Assembly: GCA_035649175.1 (NCBI GenBank)
Contig: DASRKB010000237.1
Location: forward strand, 676 to 64,675
Direction of reading: 5' to 3'
DNA: 64,000 bases
Source of the DNA: Burkholderiales bacterium
Lineage (GTDB): Bacteria; Pseudomonadota; Gammaproteobacteria; Burkholderiales; SG8-39
In this document: in pieces, positions 38,038-45,990 of the stretch
Position numbering within the stretch: position 1 is the stretch's first letter
How the letters are laid out: every line of letters starts with the position of its first letter
The notes under the pieces: model-generated
Told to the model about the DNA's origin: nothing
The model's input: the letters and a program-made list of their open reading frames with translations, nothing else
The model's database searches: none
Made by a program: the position numbers and the translations under genes

Positions 38038-40688
38038 GCGGCAGTCCTCCTCTTCAGCTCCGTGAACTTGCCCTGCTCCGCGAGGCGCCCACGTTCCATC
38101 ACCAGCACCATGTCGAAGCGCTCGGCGTACTCCTCGCGCGAGAGCGCCCATACCACCCCGGCGCCCCTGCGCTCGGCGAGCACGTTGTCGACCACGCGGC
38201 CCTGCGAGGCCGGGTCGAGCAGCGCGCCCGCGTGGTCCAGGACGAGGAGCACCGGGCGCTTGAGCAATGCGCGCACCAGCGCGACCTTCTGCCGGTCGGA
38301 CGGCGCCAGCCGCGCCCCGCCGACGCCTACGTGATAGCCCAGTCCGTTCCTCACCACCAGCGGCCGCAGGCCAAGCTCGTCCAGCAGCTCCCGCATCAGC
38401 GTCGTGATCCGCTGCACGGCGCCCGCCTGGCCGGTCACGATCTTGCCGAACAGGATGTTGTCCTGCAGGGTCGCGGCCCTGTTGTAGCGCGTCGGGTCGA
38501 AAAACTCCACCGCGTCGCGCATCCCGGCAGGCAGGTGACGCGCGAAGTGGTGGCGGGCCTCGACCACGCGAGCCTCGAAGCTCTCGTCGATGAGCCCGAG
38601 GCGGTGGCGCGCGGCGATGAGGCGGAAGGGCAGCGCGAGCAGCAGGCGCCGTTCGGCCTCCTCGATGCCACGCAGGCCGGCCTCGGTGACGCGCTTCAGG
38701 ATAGCCTCGAACTGCGGCAGGTCCTCTTGCCGGATGAAGCTGTACTGCGCGAAGAACTCGTGGCCGGGTGGCAGGCCGCTGAAGAGCTCGACCATGGTCT
38801 CGGCCACCTTGTGCCCGGTGCGCAGCACGAGGTCGTGCAACCCCGTGTCGTGCAGCACCTGGCGCACGTAGGCGTTGCCGGCGAGGTTCTCGATGTCGAA
38901 GGTGCGTCCGACCGGGGTGCCGAACAGCAGGTTCTCGGCGAGCGTCGCGTTGCGGTTGTAGTGCGCCGGGTCGAAGCGCTCGACCCAGTCCTCGATGCTC
39001 TGGGAAGCAAGGCGCTCGCGCATCTTCTGCCGCGCGGAAAGCACCTTCCCGGAGAATTGGTCGGAGTCTGCGGTGCTGCGCAAGCCGAGCTCGAACACAG
39101 TCTCCTCGAGCTCCACCACGCGCAGCAGCTCGACGATACGCGCCTCCATCTCATCCGTGCTGCCCACCCCGGCCGCGGCGTAGTCGATCCACTCGGCGTT
39201 GATGTCGAGCGGCGAGTTGCCGGTGCGCAGCGCCTCGCGCGCCTCTGCCTCGCGCGCCCTGCGCCTCGCGGCGTCGTGCTCGGGCTCGCGGATCGGCCGG
39301 TGCTTCAGGCCGTAAAGGATGTTCGAGCGCACGTCGGCGGGAAAGAGGTATGCGGGCGTGCCGACGTAGCCGATGGCGCGTCCGGTCACCGCCTCGGGGG
39401 CGCGGGTGATGTCGATGCCGCCCATCTCGATGGCGCCGCTCGTCGGCGGGTAGAGTCGCGCCACGAGCTGCGCGAGCTCGGTGGCGCCCGCGCCACTCTG
39501 CCGCGAAACGATGGCGACGTGCGAGCCAAGATCCGCCTCGAAGGAGACGTTGTCCACCACCCGGCTGCCCGCCTCGTCGACGAAGGTGAGGCCCGTGGCC
39601 CGCATCCGCCCGGCCCGGGGTAGCGGCGGATCCTCGGCGGGCGCCTGCAGCTCCGCCGGGGCGACGTCCTCCGCGGTGAACTGCTCCACCACCTGGCCGT
39701 ACTTGATCTGCACGTCGAGGCGCTGCTGGTCCCAGTCGATCAGCTCCTTCACCGGCGTGGGCAGGTCCTTGTAGGCGGCGATCACCGCCACGAGCGCGCC
39801 GATGTCGAGCCGGCCGACGATCACCAGGTAGCCGCCCAGCGCATAGAACAGGAAGGGCGTGACCTGCGATAGGAAGTTGTTGAGGAACTTGATGAGGAAT
39901 TTGCGCTGGTAGAACTCGAAGCGGATGCGGAAGATGTGCCCCAGCCGCGCGGAGATCTCGGCGCGCTCGTAGTTGGAGGTGTCGTTGGCGTGGATCTCGG
40001 CGATGCCGTCGACCGACTCGGCGATGCGCCCGGCGAGCGCCCGCGCGGTGAGCTGGCGCTCGCGGCCGAGCACGAGCAGGCGCCGGCGCAGCCGCGGGAT
40101 CAGGTACGCCTGCACGCCCACCACCCCCAAGGCGGTCAGGCCGAGCGCGACGTGCTGGTACAGGATGAAGACCATCGCGGTGAGCGCCTGCCCGCCGAGG
40201 AAGAGCGGCGTGATGAGCGCCTCCCCGACGAACCCGCCGAGCGGCTCGACCTCGTCCTTGATCATGGTGGCCATTTCGGCGGCCTTCACGCGCCGGAAGC
40301 GCTGCAGCGGGAAGCGCAGGATGTAGTCGAACAGCGCATAGCGCAGCCGCCGCAGCATGCGCTCGCCCATCCAGCCCTTCATGGTGTTGATCTGGAACTT
40401 GAGCCAACCGTTCAGCACGATCAGGCCGAGGAACACCGCGCTCAGCGCGAAGAGATAGGGAATCCGCTCGAGCGCCAGCCCCAGGAAAGGGACCTTGGCG
40501 TCGGGGCTCGGGAACGCGTCGCCCTGGATCGCCTGGTTGATGATGGTCTTGGGTAGGTCGAGGGAAAGGTAATAGACGACCATGGTCGCGAGCACCAGCG
40601 GCACGATGAGCAGCTGGTCGCGCTTGCTGTAACGCAGGATGAAACCGAAAAGGCTTCGATCCACCTTGGATCCCCGGGGAACGCACAT
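38034..40688 (-). CDS. atypical ABC exporter-like protein: 6-TM ABC membrane domain + degenerate, internally duplicated nucleotide-binding domain, about 884 aa
   Basis: Track ORF 38034..40796, with the start placed at ATG 40688 (MCVPRGSKVDRSLFGFILRYSKRDQ...). A GTG 8 codons downstream is also possible. The TMD resembles type I ABC exporters. In the NBD, the Walker A position reads SRQSGAGAT (nt 39480-39506), the signature position reads LAPSD (38295-38309), and Walker B reads LLVLDH (38232-38249). An insert of about 270 aa (38502-39305) carries a second degenerate helical-subdomain copy. Confidence 0.8.
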   Translation of the reverse strand: MCVPRGSKVDRSLFGFILRYSKRDQLLIVPLVLATMVVYYLSLDLPKTIINQAIQGDAFPSPDAKVPFLGLALERIPYLFALSAVFLGLIVLNGWLKFQINTMKGWMGERMLRRLRYALFDYILRFPLQRFRRVKAAEMATMIKDEVEPLGGFVGEALITPLFLGGQALTAMVFILYQHVALGLTALGVVGVQAYLIPRLRRRLLVLGRERQLTARALAGRIAESVDGIAEIHANDTSNYERAEISARLGHIFRIRFEFYQRKFLIKFLNNFLSQVTPFLFYALGGYLVIVGRLDIGALVAVIAAYKDLPTPVKELIDWDQQRLDVQIKYGQVVEQFTAEDVAPAELQAPAEDPPLPRAGRMRATGLTFVDEAGSRVVDNVSFEADLGSHVAIVSRQSGAGATELAQLVARLYPPTSGAIEMGGIDITRAPEAVTGRAIGYVGTPAYLFPADVRSNILYGLKHRPIREPEHDAARRRAREAEAREALRTGNSPLDINAEWIDYAAAGVGSTDEMEARIVELLRVVELEETVFELGLRSTADSDQFSGKVLSARQKMRERLASQSIEDWVERFDPAHYNRNATLAENLLFGTPVGRTFDIENLAGNAYVRQVLHDTGLHDLVLRTGHKVAETMVELFSGLPPGHEFFAQYSFIRQEDLPQFEAILKRVTEAGLRGIEEAERRLLLALPFRLIAARHRLGLIDESFEARVVEARHHFARHLPAGMRDAVEFFDPTRYNRAATLQDNILFGKIVTGQAGAVQRITTLMRELLDELGLRPLVVRNGLGYHVGVGGARLAPSDRQKVALVRALLKRPVLLVLDHAGALLDPASQGRVVDNVLAERRGAGVVWALSREEYAERFDMVLVMERGRLAEQGKFTELKRRTAA

Positions 40689-40728
40689 CTTACAGTCCCT
40701 GACGGGATTTGCCGCTATAGTTGGACGC

Positions 40729-41556
40729 ATGGACCCCGCTTTCAGCGTGCGCTTCTGGGGCGTGCGAGGCTCGATCGCTTGCTCCGGCCCGCGCACCGCC
40801 CGCTACGGCGGCAACACCTCGTCGCTCGAGGTGCGCTGCGGCGAGCGGCTGCTCCTCTTCGACGCCGGCACCGGCATCCGCTACCTGGGCAAGACCCTCG
40901 AGGGAAAGAGGCTCGACGCCGATCTCTTCTTCACCCACACGCACTTCGACCATATCTGCGGCCTGCCTTTCTTCCGGCCGTTCTTCGAGTCGGGCAACCG
41001 TTTCCGGCTCTGGGCCGGGCACCTCGACGGCCGGCAGGTCACGCTGAAGCGCGTGCTGGCCGAGTTCATGATGTCGCCACTGTTTCCGGTGCCGCCGGAG
41101 ATCTTCCACGCGCGGATGGAGTACCGCGACTTCAAGAGCGGGGACACGCTCCACCCCGCCGATGGCTTCGTCGTGAGAACCGCGCCGCTCAACCACCCCG
41201 ACGGAGCCACCGGATACCGGGTCGAGTACGGGGGGAAGTCGCTCTGCTACGTCACCGACACCGAGCACGTGCCTGGCAATCCCGACCGCAACGTTCTCGG
41301 CCTCATCGCCGGCGCGGACCTCGTGGTCTACGACTGCATGTACACCGACGAGGAGTACCCGCGCTTCGCCACCTGGGGCCACTCCACCTGGCAGGAAGGG
41401 GTGCGTTTGTGCCGCGAGGCCGGCGCGAAGCGCCTCGTGGTCTTTCACCACGAGCCAGACCACGACGACGACATGCTCGACGGCGTCGCGCGAGAAGTGG
41501 ACAGGGCGCTTCCGGGGTCGCTCGTGGCCAAGGAAGGCCTGGTTCTCGAGCCGTAG
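40729..41556 (+). CDS. metallo-beta-lactamase-fold hydrolase (HxHxDH), 275 aa
   Basis: C-terminal part of track ORF 40639..41556, from the ATG at 40729 (MDPAFSVRFWGVRGSIA...LLLFDAGTG...FFTHTHFDHICGLPFF...VFHHEPDHDD). It is divergent from the ABC gene, with 40 bp between the two starts. Confidence 0.85.
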   Translation: MDPAFSVRFWGVRGSIACSGPRTARYGGNTSSLEVRCGERLLLFDAGTGIRYLGKTLEGKRLDADLFFTHTHFDHICGLPFFRPFFESGNRFRLWAGHLDGRQVTLKRVLAEFMMSPLFPVPPEIFHARMEYRDFKSGDTLHPADGFVVRTAPLNHPDGATGYRVEYGGKSLCYVTDTEHVPGNPDRNVLGLIAGADLVVYDCMYTDEEYPRFATWGHSTWQEGVRLCREAGAKRLVVFHHEPDHDDDMLDGVAREVDRALPGSLVAKEGLVLEP

Positions 41557-41567
41557 GTAGATGCGGC

Positions 41568-41631
41568 ACATGGGGTCAGACCCCATGTTCTGCGCGCTGC
41601 GCAAAGCAGCGAAAATGGGGCCTGACCCCGT
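41568..41631. repeat. pair of REP-like palindromes flanking a small hairpin in the MBL/DUF445 intergenic region
   Basis: ACATGGGGTC-A-GACCCCATGT at 41568-41588 has perfect 10-bp arms. CGCTGC-GCAAA-GCAGCG lies at 41595-41611. A degenerate copy, ATGGGGCCTGACCCCGT, lies at 41615-31. These elements generate the spurious track ORF 41561..42031 (MRHMGSDPMF...). Confidence 0.7.
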
Positions 41632-41651
41632 TACCCATTCTCCGCAAATCC

Positions 41652-42935
41652 ATGTTGCCCCGAGCCGAAGCAAAGGATCTGCAGCTCCGGCGCATGAAGC
41701 GCTGGGCCGGTGCCCTTCTCCTGCTGATGTTCAGCCTCTATGTGCTTTTCACCGCGCTCGAGCCGGACCATCCGGCCCTGCATTACGCCGTGTCCTTCAC
41801 CGAGGCCGCCATGGTCGGCGCGATCGCCGACTGGTTCGCGGTGGTGGCGCTGTTTCACCACCCGCTCGGGCTGCGCTTCATTCCGCACACCGCGGTCGTG
41901 CCGCGCAACAAGGGCCGCATCGCCGGGGGCGTGGCCGACTTCATCCAGAACAATTTCCTGTCGCCGGAGGCGATCGTGGCGCGCATCGCGCAGGCACAGC
42001 CAGCGCGCACTCTATGCGGGTGGCTCCTTAAGCCTGAGAACGTCCGCACGCTCGCCGGGTATGCCGGGCGCCTGCTCGCCTACGGCCTTACGGTGCTCGA
42101 CGATGCGCGTATCAGGCGGTTCTTGACCGATCTTCTTTCCCAAAAGGCGAAGGACTTCGACGTAGCATCTGCCGCAGCGGAGATCCTGGACGTGCTCACC
42201 CAGAACGGGCGCCACCACGAGCTGCTCGACGCAGCACTCGCGAGCCTAGACGAGCTGCTCGCGCGCGAAGAGACGCGGCGCATGGTGGCGACGGAGGTGG
42301 CGAAGAACCTTCCGGGCCTTCTCCGGGCGGTAAGTGACGCTCTGCGCCTGGAGCTCGACGAGCGCGCGGCGCTCAAGCTCCTCGACATCGCGGCCGCTAA
42401 GATTGCCGAGGTCCGCGCCGACCGTGGGCACGAGCTGCGCGCACGCTTCGACCAAGCGGTCGCCGGCTTCGTGCGCCGCCTGAAGAGCGACGAGGCGACG
42501 CGCGCGCGCGTGCACGCCCTGCGCGACGAGGTCCTCGCCAACCCGGCGCTCGGCCGCTATGTGGAGGGCCTGTGGGGTGATTTCCGCGCCTGGCTCGCGG
42601 AAGACCTCGGGCAGGAGAATTCCGCGGTACGCGAGCGAATTGCCCAAGTCGTGTCGACTTTCGCGCAGAGGCTGGAGCGGGATACAGACGTACAGCGCTG
42701 GCTCGAAGAGCAGATCCTCGCCGCCCTGCCCCCGCTCGTGCGCGAGCACCGCGCCAAGATCGGGCGGTTCGTCGAAGACCAGATCAACGGCTGGCAAGAG
42801 AGCCGCTTGGTGCAGGAGCTCGAACGCGAGCTCGGCCCCGACCTGCAGTACATCCGGATCAACGGCACTCTGGTGGGCGGCTTGGCGGGGCTCCTGATCG
42901 CGGTATTTACGGACTTATTTCGCATTTCAGTGTAA
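41652..42935 (+). CDS. DUF445-family membrane-associated protein, 427 aa
   Basis: C-terminal part of track ORF 40779..42935, from the ATG at 41652. EAAMVGAIADWFAVVALFHHPLGLRFIPHTAVVPRNKGRIA and the C-terminal LQYIRINGTLVGGLAGLLI are motifs I associate with DUF445/YjiN-like proteins. Confidence 0.75.
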   Translation: MLPRAEAKDLQLRRMKRWAGALLLLMFSLYVLFTALEPDHPALHYAVSFTEAAMVGAIADWFAVVALFHHPLGLRFIPHTAVVPRNKGRIAGGVADFIQNNFLSPEAIVARIAQAQPARTLCGWLLKPENVRTLAGYAGRLLAYGLTVLDDARIRRFLTDLLSQKAKDFDVASAAAEILDVLTQNGRHHELLDAALASLDELLAREETRRMVATEVAKNLPGLLRAVSDALRLELDERAALKLLDIAAAKIAEVRADRGHELRARFDQAVAGFVRRLKSDEATRARVHALRDEVLANPALGRYVEGLWGDFRAWLAEDLGQENSAVRERIAQVVSTFAQRLERDTDVQRWLEEQILAALPPLVREHRAKIGRFVEDQINGWQESRLVQELERELGPDLQYIRINGTLVGGLAGLLIAVFTDLFRISV

Positions 42936-42946
42936 ATTGGCCATCC

Positions 42947-44791
42947 GTGGCCAGTCGTAGTCCGTTCGCGGCGAATAGCGCGCCCCACGAGACCGAGGCG
43001 CGTGCTCCCGCCCTCACCGCGCTTCTATCGGACTGGTACTGGGAGCAGGACGAGCAATCCCGCCTCACCTTCATTTCAGAGGGACTCGCCGGCAAGACCG
43101 GTCTCGACCCGGCTGCATTCCTCGGGCAGGCCCGCTGGGAATACCCCGCCGCCAACATGACCGACGCCGACTGGGCGCGCCACCGCGCCCAGCTCGAGCG
43201 CCGCGAGCCCTTCCGCGACCTGGAGCTCAAGCGGGTGTTTCCGAGCGGGCGGGCAGTGTGGATCTCGGTGAGCGGTGAGCCGGTGTTCGACCCCGAAGGC
43301 CGCTTCAAGGGCTACCGCGGCGCCGGCCGGGACATCACTGCGCAGAAGCGCCTGGAGGAATTGCTGCGCCTCGAGCACGCGGTGGCCCGGGTGCTCGGCC
43401 AGGCTGCGACCCTCTCCGAGGGCCTGCGCGCCGGGCTGCGGGCGATCTGCGACGCCGAAGGCTGGGAGTACGGGCGCTGCGTGCGCGCGGAAAACGGGAC
43501 GCTCGCGAGGCTCGAGGAGGGCTGGTTCGCCCGCGAGCCGTCGGTCGACCAGTTGCTCCATGGCTCGCGGATCCTGTGGCAGGAAGGCAAGCCCGTGTGG
43601 TCGAGCGCTCCTGTCGTCGGCGGCGGCAACTTCGCCACCTTCGCCTTCCCCGCGGTCTCCCAGGGCAAGACCATCGCGATGCTCGTCTTCTCGGGCCACG
43701 GCGCGCCCGAGCCCGACCGCAGCCTGCTCGAGGCGACCCCGGCGATCGGCGGACTGTTCGGCCAGTTTCTCTCGCGCATGGAGGCCGAGGAGTCGCTGCG
43801 CCAGAGCGAGGCGCGCTTCCGCGGCCTCACCCATATGTCGTCCGACTTCTTCTGGGAAAGCGACGCCGAGCACCGCTTCACGAGCATCGTGCACGGCCCC
43901 AACTACGCCGCCGCCCAGCTCGGCCGCGACATGATCGGGCAGGCCCCCTGGGCCGTGGCCTCGCTAAGCCCCGACGCCGCAGGCTGGGCGGCACACCGCG
44001 GCGTGCTCGCGAGCCACCTTTCGTTCCGGGACTTCGAGTTCTCACGGATGATGCCCGACGGCGGCACGCGGCACTTCGCCCTGAGCGGCGAGCCGCGCTT
44101 CGACGGCCAGGGAAGGTTCACCGGCTACCGCGGCGTGGGGCGCGACGTCACGGAGATCGCGCAGGCGCGCGAGCGCATCGCCTTGCTCGCCTACAGCGAC
44201 GCGCTGACCGGGCTCGCCAACCGCATCAGCCTCGGGCCCGCGCTAGAGCAGGCGATCGAGCGCGCGCGCCGGCGCAATGGCAGGCTTGCCGGGGTGTTCG
44301 TTGACCTGGACGGTTTCAAGGCCGTGAACGACCAGCACGGCCACGCCGCGGGTGATGCATTCCTCGTGGAGGTCGGCAGGCGCCTGCGCCGCTCGCTGCG
44401 CGCGAGCGACCTGATCGCGCGCCTGGGCGGCGACGAGTTCTTCGTGCTGCTCGAGGACGTGCGCGACACCGCGACCGTGGAGCGCGTCGTCGGCAAGCTG
44501 GTGAAGGAGCTGCTGCAGCCCTTTGAGGTCTCGAGCGGCGTGCGCCTGCGCGTGTCGGCGAGCATGGGCGTCAGCCTCTATCCGGGCGACGCCATCGACG
44601 CCACCACCCTCGTGGACCACGCCGACAAGGCGATGTACACCGCCAAGAAGGCCGGCAAGAACGCCTACTGCCTCTATGCCGGCAGCGGCACCGGAAACCC
44701 TGCGAGCCACAGCGCACCGATCGACCCCGGCACGGTGAAGATTCCCATCGGGCCGCCGTCCACCGGCATCCCGCCGAGCGTGCGCCAGTAA
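42947..44791 (+). CDS. PAS - GAF-like - PAS - GGDEF diguanylate cyclase, 614 aa
   Basis: Track ORF 42947..44791 (GTG start). Two PAS-like units end in GRFKGYRGAGRDIT and GRFTGYRGVGRDVT. The GGDEF domain reads SDALTGLANR...VDLDGFKAVNDQHGHAAGD...RLGGDEFFVLL...MYTAKKAGKN. Confidence 0.88.
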   Translation: MASRSPFAANSAPHETEARAPALTALLSDWYWEQDEQSRLTFISEGLAGKTGLDPAAFLGQARWEYPAANMTDADWARHRAQLERREPFRDLELKRVFPSGRAVWISVSGEPVFDPEGRFKGYRGAGRDITAQKRLEELLRLEHAVARVLGQAATLSEGLRAGLRAICDAEGWEYGRCVRAENGTLARLEEGWFAREPSVDQLLHGSRILWQEGKPVWSSAPVVGGGNFATFAFPAVSQGKTIAMLVFSGHGAPEPDRSLLEATPAIGGLFGQFLSRMEAEESLRQSEARFRGLTHMSSDFFWESDAEHRFTSIVHGPNYAAAQLGRDMIGQAPWAVASLSPDAAGWAAHRGVLASHLSFRDFEFSRMMPDGGTRHFALSGEPRFDGQGRFTGYRGVGRDVTEIAQARERIALLAYSDALTGLANRISLGPALEQAIERARRRNGRLAGVFVDLDGFKAVNDQHGHAAGDAFLVEVGRRLRRSLRASDLIARLGGDEFFVLLEDVRDTATVERVVGKLVKELLQPFEVSSGVRLRVSASMGVSLYPGDAIDATTLVDHADKAMYTAKKAGKNAYCLYAGSGTGNPASHSAPIDPGTVKIPIGPPSTGIPPSVRQ

Positions 44792-44823
44792 ATGCAGCAA
44801 ATGGGGTTCAAACCACGCCCCGT

Positions 44824-45990
44824 CTACCGAGTCGTAGCGCTGTAGGGATCGGCCGCGTCGCGCAGGCCGTCGCCGAAGAAGTTGAAGGCGAGCACCACGA
44901 TGAAGACCGGCACCACGGAGAGCATGAGCCAGGGGTAGAGCGCGACGACGTTGATGTTCTGCGCCTCGTTGAGCAGCACGCCCCAGCTCGTGACGGGGGG
45001 TCTCAGCCCCAAGCCGAGGAACGACAGGGCCGTCTCGCCCAGGATCATGGCCGGCACGGAGAGCGTCGCCGAGGCGATGAGGTGGCTCGCGAAGGACGGC
45101 AGGAGGTGCCGGCGGATGACGCGCGCCGGGCTCGCGCCCATCAGCACGGCGGCGGTGGCGAAGTCTTCCTCCCTCAGTGCCAGGAGCTTCGAGCGGACCG
45201 CGCGCGCGAGGCCCGGCCAGTCGAGCAGGCCCAGGATGATGGTGATGCCGAAGTAGACGAGGATCGGGCTCCAGGTCACCGGCAGCGCGGCCGAGAGCGC
45301 CATCCACAGCGGCAGCTCCGGGAAGGAGCGCACCATCTCGATGAAGCGCTGGATCGCGTTGTCGATCCAGCCGCCGTAGTAGCCCGAGATGCCGCCGAGC
45401 ACGATGCCGATGAGGAAGCTCACCGCGATGCCGAGCAGCCCCACGGTGAGCGAGATGCGCGTGCCGTAGACGATGCGCGAGAAGAGGTCGCGCCCGAGCC
45501 GGTCGGTGCCCATGAGGTAGAGCGTCCCGTCCTCGGCCGGGCACACGAAGTGGAAGCGGCCGGGGACGAGACCCCAGAAGCGGTACTCGTCGCCCAGGCA
45601 GAAGAAGCGCAGCTTCTGCACCGCGCTCGTGTCGGCCGCGTAGGCGCGCTTCATGCGCACCATGTCGAGCTCCATGCGGTAGCCGTAGACGAAGGGGCCG
45701 ACGAAGCGCCCCTCGTGGAAGAAGCGCAGCTCCTGCGGCGGCGCGTAGATGTGGCCCGTGTCGCGCGTGTGCAGGTGGTAGGGCGCGATGAACTCCGAGA
45801 CGAGGGTCGAGGCGTAGAAGAGCGCGAGGATCACGCCCGAGATCACCGCGATGCGGTGCCGGCGCAGCTTCCACCACATGATCTGCCACTGCGAGGCGCG
45901 ATAGAAGCGCTCCTGCTCCGGCGTCAACTCCTCGGCGGCGTGCGGGTCGAAGGGCTCCTGCGAGACGAAGTGCTCGGCCTTCGCCGTCAC
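44824..45990 (-). CDS. peptide/opine-type ABC transporter permease (YejE/DppC-like), 388 aa
   Basis: C-terminal part of track ORF 44824..47097, from the GTG at 45990 (GTGA overlap with the upstream stop). It has a long N-terminal extension before the TMs, as in YejE. Conserved stretches are LMGTDRLGRDLFSRIVYGTRISL and EDFATAAVLMGASPARVIRRHLLP. Confidence 0.85.
   Translation of the reverse strand: MTAKAEHFVSQEPFDPHAAEELTPEQERFYRASQWQIMWWKLRRHRIAVISGVILALFYASTLVSEFIAPYHLHTRDTGHIYAPPQELRFFHEGRFVGPFVYGYRMELDMVRMKRAYAADTSAVQKLRFFCLGDEYRFWGLVPGRFHFVCPAEDGTLYLMGTDRLGRDLFSRIVYGTRISLTVGLLGIAVSFLIGIVLGGISGYYGGWIDNAIQRFIEMVRSFPELPLWMALSAALPVTWSPILVYFGITIILGLLDWPGLARAVRSKLLALREEDFATAAVLMGASPARVIRRHLLPSFASHLIASATLSVPAMILGETALSFLGLGLRPPVTSWGVLLNEAQNINVVALYPWLMLSVVPVFIVVLAFNFFGDGLRDAADPYSATTR

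Noticed and set aside
41561-42031. 156-aa ORF starting MRHMGSDPMFCALRKAAKMGPDP
   Set aside because: Its N-terminus is simply the translation of the two REP-like palindromes. The rest is out of frame with the well-supported DUF445 gene.
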